Source: the human T2T-CHM13v2.0 reference genome, Homo sapiens. Taken from it: a DNA stretch of 64,000 bases. Positions 28,857 through 56,000 of this stretch are shown in pieces; position 1 is the first letter of the stretch; each line of letters opens with the position of its first letter. The notes beneath the pieces were generated by a model. That model did not search any database. It had not been told where the DNA came from and was given only the letters and a program-made list of their open reading frames with translations. A program made the translations under genes and the position numbers. The stretch lies in NCBI RefSeq assembly GCF_009914755.1, contig NC_060938.1. One strand, written 5' to 3'.

Positions 28857-29756
28857 GAGCCAAGATGGCCGAATAGTAACAGCTCCTGTCTACAGCTCCC
28901 AGCATGAGTGACACAGAAGACGGGGGATTTCTGCATTTCCATCTGAGGTACCAGGTTCATCTCACTAGGGAATGCCAGACAGTGGGCGCAGGTCAGTGGG
29001 TGCACGCACCATGCGTGAGCCGAAGCAGTGTGAGGCATTGCCTCACTCGGGAAGCACAAGGGGTCAGGAAATTCCCTTTCCTAGTCAAAGAAAGGGGTGA
29101 TGGACGGCACCTGGAAAATCGGGTCACTTCCACCCGAATACTGCACTTTTCCGATGGACTTAAAAAATGGCGCACCACGAGATTATATCCCGCAGCTGGT
29201 TTGGAGGGTCCTACGCCCACGGAGTCTCACTGATTGCTAGCACAGCAGTCTGAGATCAAACTGCAAGGTGGCAGCGAGGCTGGGGGAGGGGCGCCCGCCA
29301 TTGCCCAGGCTTGCTTAGGTAAACAAAGCAGCCTGGAAGCTCGAACTGGGTGGAGCCCACCACAGCTCAAGGAGGCCTGCCTGCCTCTGTAGGCTCCACC
29401 TCTGGGGGCAGGGCACAGACAAACAAAAAGACAGCAGTAACCTCTGCAGACTCATATGTCCCTGTCTGACAGCTTTGAAGAGAGCAGTGGTTCTCCCAGT
29501 ACACAGCTGGAGATCTGAGAATGGGCAGACTACCTCCTCAAGTGGGTCCCTGACCCCTGACCCCCGAGCAGCCTAACTGGGAGGCACCCCCCAGCAGGGG
29601 CACACTGACACCTCACACGGCAGGGTACTCCAACAGTCCTGCAGCTGAGGGTCCTGTCTGTTAGAAGGAAAACTAACAAACAGAAAGGACATCCACACCA
29701 AAAACCCATCTGTACATCACCATCGTCAAAGACCAAAAGTAGATAAAACCATAATG
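28857..29756 (+). promoter_or_regulatory. L1 5'UTR internal sense/antisense promoter, with YY1 site AAGATGGCC at 28862-28870
   Basis: GC-rich ~900 bp upstream of the ORF1 ATG that matches the known L1PA 5'UTR. Several CpG-to-TpG/CpA changes are visible. Confidence 0.85.
28993..29301 (-). pseudogene. L1 ORF0 remnant with premature stop
   Basis: ATG at 29301 (MAGAPPPASLPPCSLISDCCASNQ), TGA at 29229-29227; the downstream frame reads GVGPSKPAAGYNLVVRHFLSPSEK, matching ORF0. Confidence 0.7.
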
Positions 29757-30773
29757 ATGGGGAAAAAACAGAACAGAAAAACTGGAAACTCTAAAAAGCA
29801 GAGCGCCTCTCCTCCTCCAGAGGAACGCAGTTCCTCACCAGCAATGGGACAAAGCTGGACGGAGAACGACTTTGACGAGCTGAGAGAAGAAGGCTTCAGA
29901 CGATCAAATTACTCTGAGCTATGGGAGGACATTCAAACCAAAGGCAAAGAAGTTGAAAACATTGAAAAAAATTTAGAAGAATGTATAACTAGAATAACCA
30001 ATACAGAGAAGTGCTTAAAGGAGCTGATGGAGCTGAAAACCAAGGCTCGAGAACTACGTGAAGAATGCAGAAGCCTCAGGAACTGATGCGATCAACTGGA
30101 AGAAACGGTATCAGCAATGGAAGATGAAATGAATGAAATGAAGAGAGAAGGGAAGTTTAGAGAAAAAAAGAATAAAAAGAAATGAGCAAAGCCTCCAATA
30201 AATATGGGACTATGTGAAAAGACCAAATCTACGTCTGATTGGTGTACCTGAAAGTGACGGGGAGAATGGAATCAAGTTGGAAAACACTCTGCAGGATATT
30301 ATCCAGGAGAACTTCCCCAATCTAACAAGGCAGGCCAAAGTTCAGATTCAGGAAATACAGAGAACGCCACAAAGATACACCTCGAGAAGAGCAATTCCAA
30401 GACACATAATTGTCAGATTCACCAAAGCTGAAATGAAGGAAAAAATGTTAAGGGCAGCCAGAAAGAAAGGTCGGGTTACCCTCAAAGGGAAGTCCATCAG
30501 ACTAACAGCGGATCTCTTGTCAGAAACCCTAGAAACCAGAAGAGAGTGGGGGCCAATATTCAACTTTCTTAAAGAAAAGAATTTTCAACCCAGAATTTCA
30601 TATCCAGCCAAACTAAGCTTCATAAGTGAAGGAGAAATAAAATACTTTACATACAAGCAAAAGCTGAGAGATTTTGTCACACCAGGCCTGCCCTAAAAGA
30701 GCTCCTGAATGAAACGCTAAACATGGAAAGGAACAACCAGTACCAGCTGCTGCAAAATCATGCCAAAATGTAA
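29757..30773 (+). pseudogene. L1 ORF1p (RNA-binding chaperone), disrupted
   Basis: MGKKQNRKTGNSKKQSASPPP ... QNHAKM*. Stop at 30084-30086, A-run frameshift near 30165, second frameshift near 30680. Confidence 0.95.
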
Positions 30774-30809
30774 AGACCATCGAGACTAGGAAGAAACTGC
30801 ATCAACTAA

Positions 30810-34669
<3,860 letters not shown>

Positions 34670-34899
34670 ACAATGAGAACACATGGACACAGGAAGGGGA
34701 ACATCACACACTAGGGCCTGTTTGGGTGGGGGGAGGGGGGAGGGATAGCATTGGGAGATATAACTAATGTTAGATGACGAGTTAGTGGTTGCAGCGCACC
34801 AGCATGTCACATGTATACATATGTAACTAACCTGCACATTGTTCACATGTACCCTAAAACTTGAAGTACAATAATAATAAATAAATGAAAATAAAAAAA

Positions 34900-37800
34900 G
34901 GAAAAAGAGTGTTTCAAAACTACTCTATCAACAGAAAATTTCAACTCTGTGAGTTGAATGCGCACACTACCAAAAAGTTTCTGAGAATGCTTCTGTCTAG
35001 TTTTTATGTGAGGATATTTCCTTTTCCACCATAGGCCTCAAAGCACTCCAAATATCCACATTCAGTTTCTAGAAAAAGAGTGTTTCAAAACTGCTCTATC
35101 AAAAAAATGTTCAACACTGTGAGTTGAATGCACATATCACAAAGAAGTTTCTGACAATACTTCGGTCTAGTTTTTATGTGAGGATATTTCCTTTTCCACC
35201 ATAGGCCTCAAAACGCTAAAAATATCCACTTGCAGTTTCCACAGAAAGAGTGTTTCAAAACTCATCTTTCAAAGAAAGGTTCAACACTGTGAGTAGAACG
35301 CACTCATCAGAAGAAGTTTCTGGGTATGCTTCTGTCTAGTTTTTATGTGAAGATATTTCCTTTTCCACCATAGGCCTCAAAGTGCTCCAAATATTCACTT
35401 GTAGATACTACAAAAAGACTGTTTCAAAATTGCTCAATCAAAGGAAAGGTTCAACTCTGTAAGCTGAATGCACACAACACAAACAAGTTTCTGAGAATGC
35501 TTCTGTCTAATTTTTATGTGAGGGTATTTCCTTTCCCACCATAGGCCTCAAAGCGCTCCAAATATCCACTTGCAGATTCCACAAAAAGAGTGTTTCAAAA
35601 CTGCTCTAACAAAACAAAGGTTCATCTTTGTGAGATGAATGAACACATCAGAAAGAAGTTTCTAAGAATGTTTCTGCTCTACTTTTTATGGGAAGGTGTT
35701 TCCTTTTCCACCATAGGCCTCAAAGCACTCCAAATATCCACTTGCAGATTCTACAAAAAGAGTGTTTCAAAACTGCTCAATCAAAGGAAAATTTCAACTC
35801 TGTGAGTTGAATACACACAACACAAAGAAGTTTCTGAGAATTCTTCTGTCTGGTTTTTATATGATGATATTTCCTTTTCCACCATAGGCCTCAGAGCACT
35901 CCAAATATCTACTTGCAGATCCTACAAAAAGAGTGTTTCAAAACTGCTCTATCAAAAGAAAGGTTCAGCTCTGTGCATTGAATTCACTCATCACAAAGAA
36001 GTTTCGGAGAATGCTTCTCTCTAGTTTTTATGTGAAGATATTTCCTTTACCACCATAGGCCTCAAAGCGCTCCAAATATGCACTTGCAGATTCTAAAAAA
36101 AGAGTGTTTCAAAACTGCTCTATCAAAAGGAAGGTTCAACTCTCTGAGTTGAATGGACTCATCACCAAGAAGTTTCTGAGAATGCATCTGTCTAGTTTTT
36201 ATGTGAAGATATTTCCTTTTCCGCCAAAGGCCTCAAACCCACCAAATATCCACTTGCAGATTCTACAAAAAGAGTGTTTCAAAACTGATCTATGAACAGA
36301 AAGTACCAGCTCTGTGAGTTGAATGCACAGATCACAAAGAAGTTTCTGAGAATGCTCCTAATTTTTATGTGAAGATATTGCCTTTTTCACCATAGGCCTC
36401 AAAACGCTCCAAATATCCACATTCAGATTCTAGAAAAAGAGTGTGTCAAAGCTACTCTATCCAAAAAAAAAAAATCTTCAACTCTGTGATGTGAATGCTC
36501 ACATCAAAAAGAAGTTTCTGACAATGCTCCTGTCTAGTTTTTATGTCAAGATATTATCTTTTCCACCATAGGCCTCAAATCGCTCCAAATATCCACTTAC
36601 AGATTCTACAAAAAGAGTGTTTCAAAACTACTCAATCAAAGGAAATATTCAACTCGGTGAGTTGAATGCACACAACACAAAGATGTTTCTGAGAATGCTT
36701 CAGTCAAGTTTTTATGTGAGGATATTTACTTTTCCAACATAGGCCTCAAATCGCTCCAGAATCCATTTGCAGAATCTACGAAAAGAGTGTTTCAAAATTG
36801 CTCTATAAAAAGAAACGTTCAACTCTTTGAATAGAATGCACTCATCACAAAGTAGTTTCTGAGAATGTTTCTGTCGACTTTTTATGTGAAGATATTTTGT
36901 TTTCCTCCATAGGCCACAAAGCACTCCAAATATCCACCTGCAGATCCTAAAAAAAAAGTGTTTCAAAACTGCTCTTCAAAACAAAGGTTCAACACTGCGA
37001 GTTGAATGCACATATGACAAGAAAGATTCTGAGAATGCATCTGTCTAGTTTTTATGTAAAGATAGTTCCTATTACACCATAGACATCAAAGCGCATCAAA
37101 TATCCACTGGCAGATTGTTCAAAAAGAGTGTTTCAAAACTGCTCAATCAAAGGAATGGTTCAACTCTGTGCGTTGAATTCACACAACACAAACAAGTCTC
37201 TGAGAATGCTTCTGTCTAGTTCTTACGTGAGGATATTTGCTTTTCAACCATAGGCCTCAAAGCGCTGCAAATATCCAATTGCAGATTCAACAAAAAGTAT
37301 GTTTCAAAACTGATCTATCTAAAGAAAGTTTCAATAGTGTGAGTTGAATGCACACATCACAAAGGAGTTTCTAAGAATGTTGCTGCTCCAGTTTTTTTTG
37401 TGAAGGTGTTTCCTTTCCACCATAGGCCTCAAAGTGCTCCAAATATCCACTTGCAGATACTACAAAAAGACTTTTTCAAAACTGCTAAATCAAAGGAAAA
37501 GTACAACTCTGTTAGTTGAATGCACACAACACAAATAAGTTTCTGACAATGCTTCTGCCTAGTTTTTATTTGAAGATATTTCCATTTCCACCGTAGGCCT
37601 CAAAGCACTCCAAATAATCACTGGCAGATACTACAAAAAGAGTGTTTCAAAACTGCTCTATCAATAGAAAGGTTCAACTATGTGAGTTGAATGCACCTAG
37701 CACAAAGAAGTTTCTGAGAATGCTTCTGTCTAGTTTTTATGTGAAGATATTTCCTTTTCCAACATAGGCCTCAAAGCACTCCAAATATCCACTTTCGGAT

Positions 37801-40800
37801 TCCAGAAACAGAGTGTTTTAAAACTGCTCTATCAACAGAAAGGTCCAACTCTGTGAGTTGAATGCACTCATCACAAAGAAGTTTCTGAGAATGCTTCTGT
37901 CTAGTTTGTATGTGAAGATATTTCCTTTTGCACCATAAGCCTCAAAGCGCTCCAAATATCTACTTGCAGATTCTACAAAAAGAGTGTTTCAAAACTGCTC
38001 TACGAAAGAAAGGTTCAACTCTGTGAGTTGAATGCACACAACACAAACAAGTTTCGGAGAATGCTGCTGTCTAGTTTATATGTGTGGATATTTCCTTTCC
38101 CACCATAGGCATCAAAGAGCTCCAAATATCCAATTGCAGATTCTACAAAAAGAGTGTTTCAAAACTGCTCTATCAAAGAAAGGTTCAACTCTGTGAGTTG
38201 AATGCACAAATCACAAAGAAGTTTCTGAGAATGCTTCTGCTCTAGTTATTTTGTGAAGGTGTTTCCTTTTCCACTATAGGCCTCAAAGCACTCCAAATAT
38301 CCACTTTCCGATTCCAGAAAAAGAGTGTTTTAAAACTGCTCTATCAACAGAAAGGTTTATCTCTGTGAGTTGAATGCACTTATCACAAAGAAGTTTCTGA
38401 GAATGCTTCTGTCTAGTTTGTATGTGAAGATATTTCCTTTTCCATCATAGGCTTCAATGTGCTTCAAATATCCACTTGTAGATTCTACAAAAAGACTTTT
38501 TCAAAACTGCTCAATCAAAGGAAAGGTTCAACTCTGTGAGTTGAATGCACACAACACAAACAAGTTTCTGAGAATGCTGCTATCTACTTTTTATGTGCGG
38601 ATATTTCCTTTCCCACCATAGGCATCAAAGAGCTCCAAATATCCAATTGCAGATTCTACAAAAAGAGTGTTTCAAAACTGCTCTACAAAAGAAAGGTTCA
38701 ACTCTGTGAGTTGAATGCACACATCACAAAGAAGTTTCAGAGAATGCTTCTGTCTAGTTTCTATGTGAAGATATTTCCTTTTACACCATAGGCCTCAAAC
38801 GCTCCAAATATCCACTTGCAGATTCTGCAAAAGGACTTTTTCAAAACTGCTCAATCAAAGGAAAGTTTCAACTCTGTGAGTTGAATGCACACAACACAAA
38901 CAAGTTTCTGAGAATGCTGCTGTCTAGTTTTTATGTGCGGATATTTCCTTTTCCACCATAGGCATCAAAGAGCTCCAAATATCCAATTGCAGATTCTACA
39001 AAAAGAGTGTTTCAAAACTGCTCTATCAAAGAAAGGTTCAACTCTGTGAGTTGAATGCACACATCACAAAGAATTTTCTGAGAATGTTTCTGCTCTAGTT
39101 TTTTTTGTGAAGGTGTTTGCTTTTCCACCATAGACCTCAAAGCACTCCAAATATCCACTTGCAGATTCTTCAGAAAGAGTGTTTCAAAACTGCTCAATCA
39201 TAGGAAAAGTTCAACTTTGTGAGTTGAATGCACACAACACAAAGAAGTTTCTGAGAATGCTTCTGTCTAGTTTGTATGTGAAGATATTTCCTTTTCCATC
39301 ATAGGCTTCAATGTGCTCCAAATATCCACTTGTAGATTCTACAGAAAGAGTGTTTCAAAACTGCTCTATCAAAAGAAATGTTCAACTATGTGAATTGAAT
39401 GAACTCATCACAAAGAAGTTTCTGAGAATGCTTCTGTCTAGTTTTCATGTGAAGATATTTCCTTTTACACGATAGGCCTCAAACTGCTCCAAATATCCAC
39501 TTGTAGATTCTACAAAAAGACTTTTTCAAAACTGCTCAATCAAAGGAAAAGTTCAACTCTGTGAGTTGAATGCACACAACACAAACAAGTTTCTGAGAAT
39601 GCTGCTGTCTACTTTTTATATGCGGATATTTCCTTTCCCACCATAGGCATCAAAGAGCTCTAAATATCCAATTGCAGATTCTACAAAAAGAGTGTTTCAA
39701 AACTGCTCTATCAAAGAAAGGTTTAACTCTGAGTTGAATGCACAAATCACGAAGAATTTTCTGAGAATGCTTCTGCTCTAGTTATTTTGTGAAGGTGTTT
39801 CCTTTTCCACTATAGGCCTCAAAGTGCTCCAAATATCCACTTTCCCAATCCAGAAAAAGAGTGTTTTAAAACTGCTCTATCAACAGAAAGGTTCAACTCT
39901 GTGAGTTGAATGCACTTATCACAAAGAAGTTTCTGAGAATGCTTCTGTCTAGTTTTTATGTGAAGATATTTCCTTTTCCACCATAAGCCTCAAAGCGCTC
40001 CAAATATCTACCTGCAGATTCTACAAGAAGAGTGTTTCAAAACTGCTCCACAAAAGAAAGGTTCAACTCTGTGAGTTGAATTCACACATGACAAAGAAGT
40101 TTCTGAGAATGCTTCTGTCTAGTTTTTATGTGAAGATATTTCCTTTTACACCATAGGCCTCAAACTGCTCCAAATATCCACTTGCAGAATCTACAAAAAG
40201 ACTTTTTCAAAACTGCTCAATCAACGAAAAGTTTCAATTCTGTGAGTTGAATGCACACAACACAAACAAGTTTATGAGAATGCTGCTGTCTAGATTTTAT
40301 GTGTGGATATTTCCTTTTCCACCATAGGCATCAAAGCGCTCCAAATATCCAATTGCAGATTCTACAAAAATAGTGTTTCAAAACTGCTCTATCAAAGAAA
40401 GGTTCAACTCTGTGAGTTGAATGCATACATCACATAGAAGTTTCTGAGAATGCTTCTGTCTAGCTTTTATGTGAAGATATTTCCTTTTCCACCATAGGCT
40501 TCAGTGTGTTCCAAATAGCCACTTGCAGATTCTACAGAAAGTTTGTTTCAAAACTGCTCTATCAAAAGAAATGTTCAACTATCTGAATTGAATGAACTCA
40601 TCACAAAGAAGTTGCTGAGAATACTTCTGTCTAGTTTTTATGTGAAGATATTTTCTTTTCCACCATAGGCCACAAAGCGCTCCAAATATCCACTTGCATT
40701 TTCTAAAAAAAAGGTTTCCAAAATGCTGTTCTAAACAATGGTTCAACATTGTTATTTAATGCACACGTCACAAGGAAGTTTCTGAGAATGCTTCTGTCTA

Positions 40801-43800
40801 GTTTTTATGTGAAGACATTTCCTCTTCTCCCGTAGTCATCGAAGCACTCCAAATATCCACCTACAGATTCTAGAAAAAGAGTGTTTCAAAACTGCCCAAT
40901 CAAAGAAAAGTTTAAACTCTGTGGGTTGAATACAAACAACACAAGGAATTTTCTGAGAATCCTTCTGTCTGTTTTTTTTTGTGAGGATATTTCCTTTTCC
41001 ACCATAGGCTTCAAACTATCCAAATATCCACTTGCAGTTTCTACAAAAAGAGTATTTGAAAACTGCTCAATGAAAAGAAAGGTTCAACTCTGTGAGTTGT
41101 ATACACACATCACAAAGAGGTTTCTGAGAATGCTTCTGTCTGGTTTTTTGTGAAGATATTTCCTTTTCCAATATAGTCCTCAAAGCGCTCCTAATATCCA
41201 CTTCCACCTTCTACAAAAAGAGTGTTTCAAACCTCTTCTACCAAAAGAAATGTTTAACTGTGTGAGTTGAATACACACAACACAAAAAAGTTTCTGAGAA
41301 TGCTTCTGTCTGGTTTTCATGTGAGGATAATTTTTTTTTCCATCATAGGCCTCATAGCGCTCCAAATATCCACTTGCGGATTCTTCAATAAGAGTTTTTA
41401 AAAACTGCTCTATCAAATAAAAGTTTCAACTCTGTGAGTTGAATGGACACATCACAAAGAAGTTTCTGAGAATGCTTCTGCCTAGTTTTTATGTGAAGAT
41501 ATTTCCTTTTCCACCACAGGCCTCAAAGCGCTCCAAATGTCCACTTGCAGATTCTACAAAAAGTGTGCTCCAAAACTGCTCTATCAAAAGAAAGGTTCAA
41601 CTCTGTGAGTTGAATGCACACGTCACGAAGAAGTTTCTGAGAATGTTTCTGTCTAGTTTTTATGTGAATATATTGCGTTTTCCGACACAGACCTTAAAGC
41701 GCTCCAAATGTCCACTTGCAGATTCTACAAAAAGAGTGTTTCAAAACTGCTCTATCAAAGAAAGGTTCAACTCTGTGAGTTGAATGCACACATCAAAAAG
41801 CAGTTCCTCAGAATGCTTCTGTGTTGTTTTTATGTGAAGATATTTCCTTTTCTACCACAGGCCTCAAAGCTCCCCAAGTGTCCACATTCAGATTGTACAA
41901 AAAGAGTGTTTCAAAGCTACTCTATCAAAAGAGATGTTCAACACTGTGACTTGAGTGCACACATCACAAAGAAGTTTCTGAGAATGCTTTTGTGTAGATT
42001 TTATATGAAGATATTTTTTTCTACCTCAGACTTAAAAGCACTCCAAATATTCCCATGCAGATTCTACAAAAAGAGTGTTTCAAAACTACTCTATCAAAAG
42101 TAAGGTTCAACTCTCTGAGTTGAATGGACACATCACAAAGAAGTTTCAGAGAATGCTTCTGTCTCTTTTTTATGTGAAAGTATTCCCCTTCTACCATAGG
42201 CCTGAAAGAGCTCCACATATCCACTTGCAGATTCTACAAAAAGTGTGTTTCAAAACTGCTCTATCAAAAGAAATTTTCAACTCTGTGAGTTGTATTCAAA
42301 CATCACAGTGCAGTTTCTGAGAATACCTGTGTCTAGTTTTTATATGAAGATATTTCCTTTTCTACCATAGGACTCAAATCGCTCCAAATATCCAATTGCA
42401 GATTCTACAAAAAGAGTATTTCAAAACTGTTCCATCAAAAGGAAAGTTCAACTCTCTGAGTTGAATGCAAACATCACAAAGAAGTTTCTAAGTATGCTTC
42501 TGTCTAGTTTTTATGTGAAGATATTCCCGTTTCCAGCTTAGGCCTCAAAGCACTCCAATTATCCACTTGCAGACTCTACAAAAAGAGCGTTTCAAAACTG
42601 CTCTATCAAAAGAAAGTTTCAACCGTCTGAGTTGAATGCACACATCATAAATTAGTTTCTGAGAATGCTTCTGTCTAGTTTTTATATGAAGATATTTCCT
42701 TTTCTACCATATACCTCAAAGCGCTCCAAATGTCCACTTGCAGATTCTACAAAAAGATTGTTTCAAAACTGCTCTATCAAAAGGAAGGTTCAGCACTCTG
42801 AGTTTAATGGACACATAGCAAAGGAGTTTCTGAGAATGCTTCTTTCTACTCTTTATGTGAAGATATTTCCTTTTCCACCATAGGCCTCCAAACGCTCCAA
42901 ATATCCACTTGCAGATTCTACAAAAAGACTGTTTCAAAACTGCTCTATGAAGAGGATGGTCCAACTCTGTGACTTGAATGCCACATCACAAAGAAATTTC
43001 TGAGAATGCTTCTGTCTAGTTTTTATATGAAGACATTTCCTTTTCTACCATAGGCCTCAAAGGGCTCCATATATCCAGTTGCAGATTCTACAAAAGCAGT
43101 GTTTCAAAACTGCTCTATCAAAAGGTTGGTTTAACTCTCTGAATTGAATGCACACATCACAAAGAAGTTTCTGAGAATGCTTCTGTCTAGTTTTAATGTG
43201 AAGATATTTCCTTTTCCACCACAGGCCTCAAAGTGCTCCAATTGTTCACTTGCAGATTCTACAAATAGAGTGTTTCAAAACTGCTCTATTAAAAGGAAGG
43301 TTCAACTCTGTGAGTTGAATGTACCACATCACAAAAAAGTTTCTGAGAGTGCTTGTCTTGCTCTTATGTGAAGAATTTCCCATTTCCACCGAAGGCCTCA
43401 AAGAGCTCCACATATACATTTGCAGATTCTACAAAAAGACTGTTTCAAAACTTCTCTATGTAAGGGAATGTTCAACTCTGTGAGTTGAATGCAAATATCA
43501 CAAAGAAGTTTCTGAGAATGCTTCTGTCTAATTTTTATGTGAAGATATTTCCTTTTTCACCATAGGCCTCAAAGCGCTCAAAATGTCCACTTGCAGATTC
43601 TTCAAATTGAGTGTTTCAAAACTGCTCTATCAAAAGAAATGTTGAACTCTGTGAGTTTAATGCACATGTCACAGAAAAGTTTCTGAGAATGCTTGTGTCT
43701 AGTTTTTACGTGAAGATATTTCCTTTTCCAACACAGACCTCAAAGCGCTCCAAATATCCACTTGCAGATTCTACAAAAAGAGTGTTTCAAAGCTGCTCTA

Positions 43801-44090
43801 TCACAAGGTAGGTTCAACTCTGTGAGTTGAATGCACACATCACAAAGAAGTTTCTGAGAATGCTTCTGTCTAGTTTTTATGTGAAAATATTCCCGTTTCC
43901 ACCAAAGGCCTCAGAGATCTCCACTTATCCACTTGCAGTTTCAACAAAAAGAGTGTTTCAAAACTGCTCTTTGTAAAGGAATGTTCACCTCTGTGAGTTG
44001 AATGCAAACATCACAAAGAAGTTTCTGAGAATGCATCTGTCTAGTTATTATGTGAAGATATTTCCTTTTTCACCATAGGCATCACAGCGC
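34900..44090 (-). repeat. Inverted monomeric alpha satellite, nearly all A-type (R2-like)
   Basis: Repeats TTCCTTTTCCACCATAGGCCTCAAAG, GAGTTGAATGC, TTCTGAGAATGC, which are the reverse complement of the upstream alpha. Only degenerate B-like boxes occur (~42525, ~43891). Confidence 0.92.
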
Positions 44091-53047
<8,957 letters not shown>

Positions 53048-53062
53048 AGAAATATTCTGTCT
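53048..53062 (+). repeat. 3' TSD of the truncated L1
   Basis: AGAAATATTCTGTCT directly after the poly(A) tail. Confidence 0.95.
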
Positions 53063-56000
53063 AGTTTTTATGTGAAGATATTTCCTTTTCCACCATAGCC
53101 CTCAAGGCGCTCAAAATATCCAATGACACATTCTACAGAAAGCGTATTTCAAAACTGGTCCTTCAAAAGAACGTTCAACTCTGGGAGATGAATGCACACA
53201 TCAAAAAGTAGTTTCTCAGAATGCTTGTATCTCGTTTTTATGTGAAGATACTTCCTTTGCCACCAAAGATGTCAAAGCACTCCAATTGTCCACTTGCACA
53301 TTCTACAAAAAGTGGGTTTCAATACTGCTCAATCAAAAGAAAGGTTTAACTCTGTGAGATGAATGCACACATCACAAAGAAGTTTCACAGATTTCTTCTG
53401 TCTAGATTTTATGTGAAGATATTCCCTTTTCTACCATAGGCCACAAAGCACTCCGAATATCCACTTGCAGATTCTACAAAAAGAGTGTTCACAAACTGCT
53501 CAATCAAAAGAAAGTTTCAACTCTGTGAGATGAATGCACACATCACAAAGAAGTTTCTCAGAATTCTTCTGTCTAGTTTTATGTGAAGATATTTCCTTTT
53601 CCACCATAGGACTCAACGAGCTCCAAATGTCCACTTGCAGATTCCTCAAAAAGGGAGTTTCAAATCTGTTCAATCAAAAGAAAGGTTTAACTCTGTGAGA
53701 TGAACGCACACATCACAAAGAAGTTTCTCAGATTGCTTCTGTGTAGATTTTATGTGAAGATATTTCCATTTCTAACATAGGCTGCAAAGCGCTCCAAATG
53801 TCCACTTGCAGATTCTACAAAAAGGGTGTTTCCAAACTGCTCAATCAAAAGGAAGATTCAACTCTGTGAGATGAATGCACGTGTCATAAAGAAGTTTCTT
53901 TGAATACTTCTGTCCTGTTTTTATGTGAACATATTTTCTTTTCCACCATAGGCCTTTAAGCGCTCCAAGTATCCACTTGCAGATTCTACAAAAAGGCAGT
54001 TTCAAAACTGCTTAATCAAAAGAAACTTTTAACTCTGTGAGATGAATGCACACATCACAAAGAAGTTTCTCTGATTGCTTCTGTCTAGATTTTAAGTGAA
54101 GATATTTCCATTTCTGCCATTGTTCACAATGCGTGCCAAATGTCCACTTGCAGATTCAAGAAAAAGAGTGTTTCCAAACTGCTCAATCAAAAGTGAGGTT
54201 CAACTCTGTGAGATGAATGCACACATCACAAAGAAGTTTCTCAGAGTGCTTCTGTCTAGTTTTTATGTGAAGATATTTCCTTTTCCAACATAGACCTCAA
54301 AACGCTCAAAATGTCCACCTGCAGACTCTACAAAAACAGAGTTTCAAAACTGTTCAACCAAAAGAAAGATATAACTCTGTGAGGTGAATGCACACATCAA
54401 AAAGAAGTTTCTCAGAATGCTTCTCTCTCGTTTTTATGTGAAGATATTTCCCTTTCCACCATAGAAGTCAAAGCACTCTAAGTGTCCACTTGCAGATTCC
54501 ACAAAAAGAGAGTTTCAAAACTGCTCAATCAAAAGAAAGGTTAAACTCTGTAAGATGAATGCACGCATTACAAAGTAGTTTCTCAGAAAGCTTCTGTTTA
54601 GTTTTTATGTGAAGATATTTGCTTTTTCACTATAGGCCTCAATGTGCTCCAATTATCCATTTGCAGATTCTGAAAAGAGTGTGTTTCCAAACTTCTCAGT
54701 CAAAAGAAATGCTCAACTCTTTGAGATGAAAGCACTCATTTAAAAGAAGTTTCTCAGAAAGCTTCTGTCTAGCTTTTATGTGAAGATATTTCCTACATCA
54801 CCAAAGGCCTCAATAGGCTCAGAATTATCCCTTTGGGGATTCTACAAAGGACTGTTTCCAAACTGCTCTAGCAAAAGAAAGCTTCAACTCTGTGAGATGA
54901 ATGCACCCATCACAAAAAACTTTCTCAGAATGTTTCTGTGTAGTTTTTATATGAAGATATTTCCTACTTCACCATAGGCCTAAAAGGGTTCACAATTATC
55001 CCTTTGTAGAGTTTACAAAAAGACTGTTTCCAAATCTCCGATCAAAGAAATGTTCAACTGTGTGAGATGAATGCAAACGTCACAAAGAAGTTTTTCAGAA
55101 TGCTTCCGTCTAATTTTTATGTGAAGATATTTCCTTTTTCACCATTGGCCTCAAAGAGCAGCAAATATCCATTTGCAGGTTGTACAAAAAGACTATTTCC
55201 AACCTTCTCAATTGAAGGAATTGTTCAACTCTGTGAGATGAAATCACACACCACAGAGAAGTTTCTCAGAAAGCTACTGTTTAGTTTTTATGTGAAGATA
55301 TTTCCTATTTAACCATAGGCCATAAAGGAATCACAATTATACCTTTGCAGATGCTACAAAAATACTGTTACCAAACTGCTCAATCAAAAGAAAGTTTCAA
55401 CTCCATGAGATGAATGGACACATCACAAAGTAGTTTCTAAGAATGCTTCTCTCTAGTTTTTATGTGAAGATATTTCCTTTGCCACAATAGGACTCAGAGG
55501 GCTCCAAATATCCACTTGCAGATTCTACAAAAAGAGTGTTTCAAAACTGCTCTATCAAAAGAAATCTTCAACTCTGTGAGATGAACGCACACATTGGATA
55601 GAAGTTTCTCAGAATTCTTCTGTCTAGTTTTTATGTGGAGATATTTCCTTTTCCACCATAGGCCTCAAAGTGGCACAAATGTCCACTTGCACATTCTACA
55701 AAAAGAGAGTTACAAAACTCCTCAATCAAAAGAAAGGCTTAACTCTGTGAGAAGAATGCACAGATTACAAAGAAGTTTCTCAGATTGCTTCTGTCTAGAT
55801 ATGTGAAGATATTTTCTTTTCTACCATAGGCCACAAAGCGCCTCAAATGTCCACTTGCACATTCTACAAAAAGAGAGTTTAAAAACTGCTCAATCAAAAG
55901 AAAGGTTTAACTCTGTGAGATGAATGCACGCATCACAAAGAAGTTTCTCCAATTGCTTCTGTCTAGATTTTAAGTGAAGATATTTCCTTTTCTACCATAG

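Noticed and set aside
28559-29059. 166-aa minus-strand ORF fusing the L1 antisense 5'UTR to alpha satellite
   Set aside because: Chance read-through across the junction. Antisense-promoter transcription into alpha is conceivable but cannot be supported from sequence alone.
34724-34744. G-rich potential G-quadruplex (also ~52866-52884)
   Set aside because: Ordinary L1 3'UTR polypurine tract.
36463-36474. A12 runs here and at 59877-59888
   Set aside because: Slippage expansion of native alpha A-tracts; no TSD or retroposon body.
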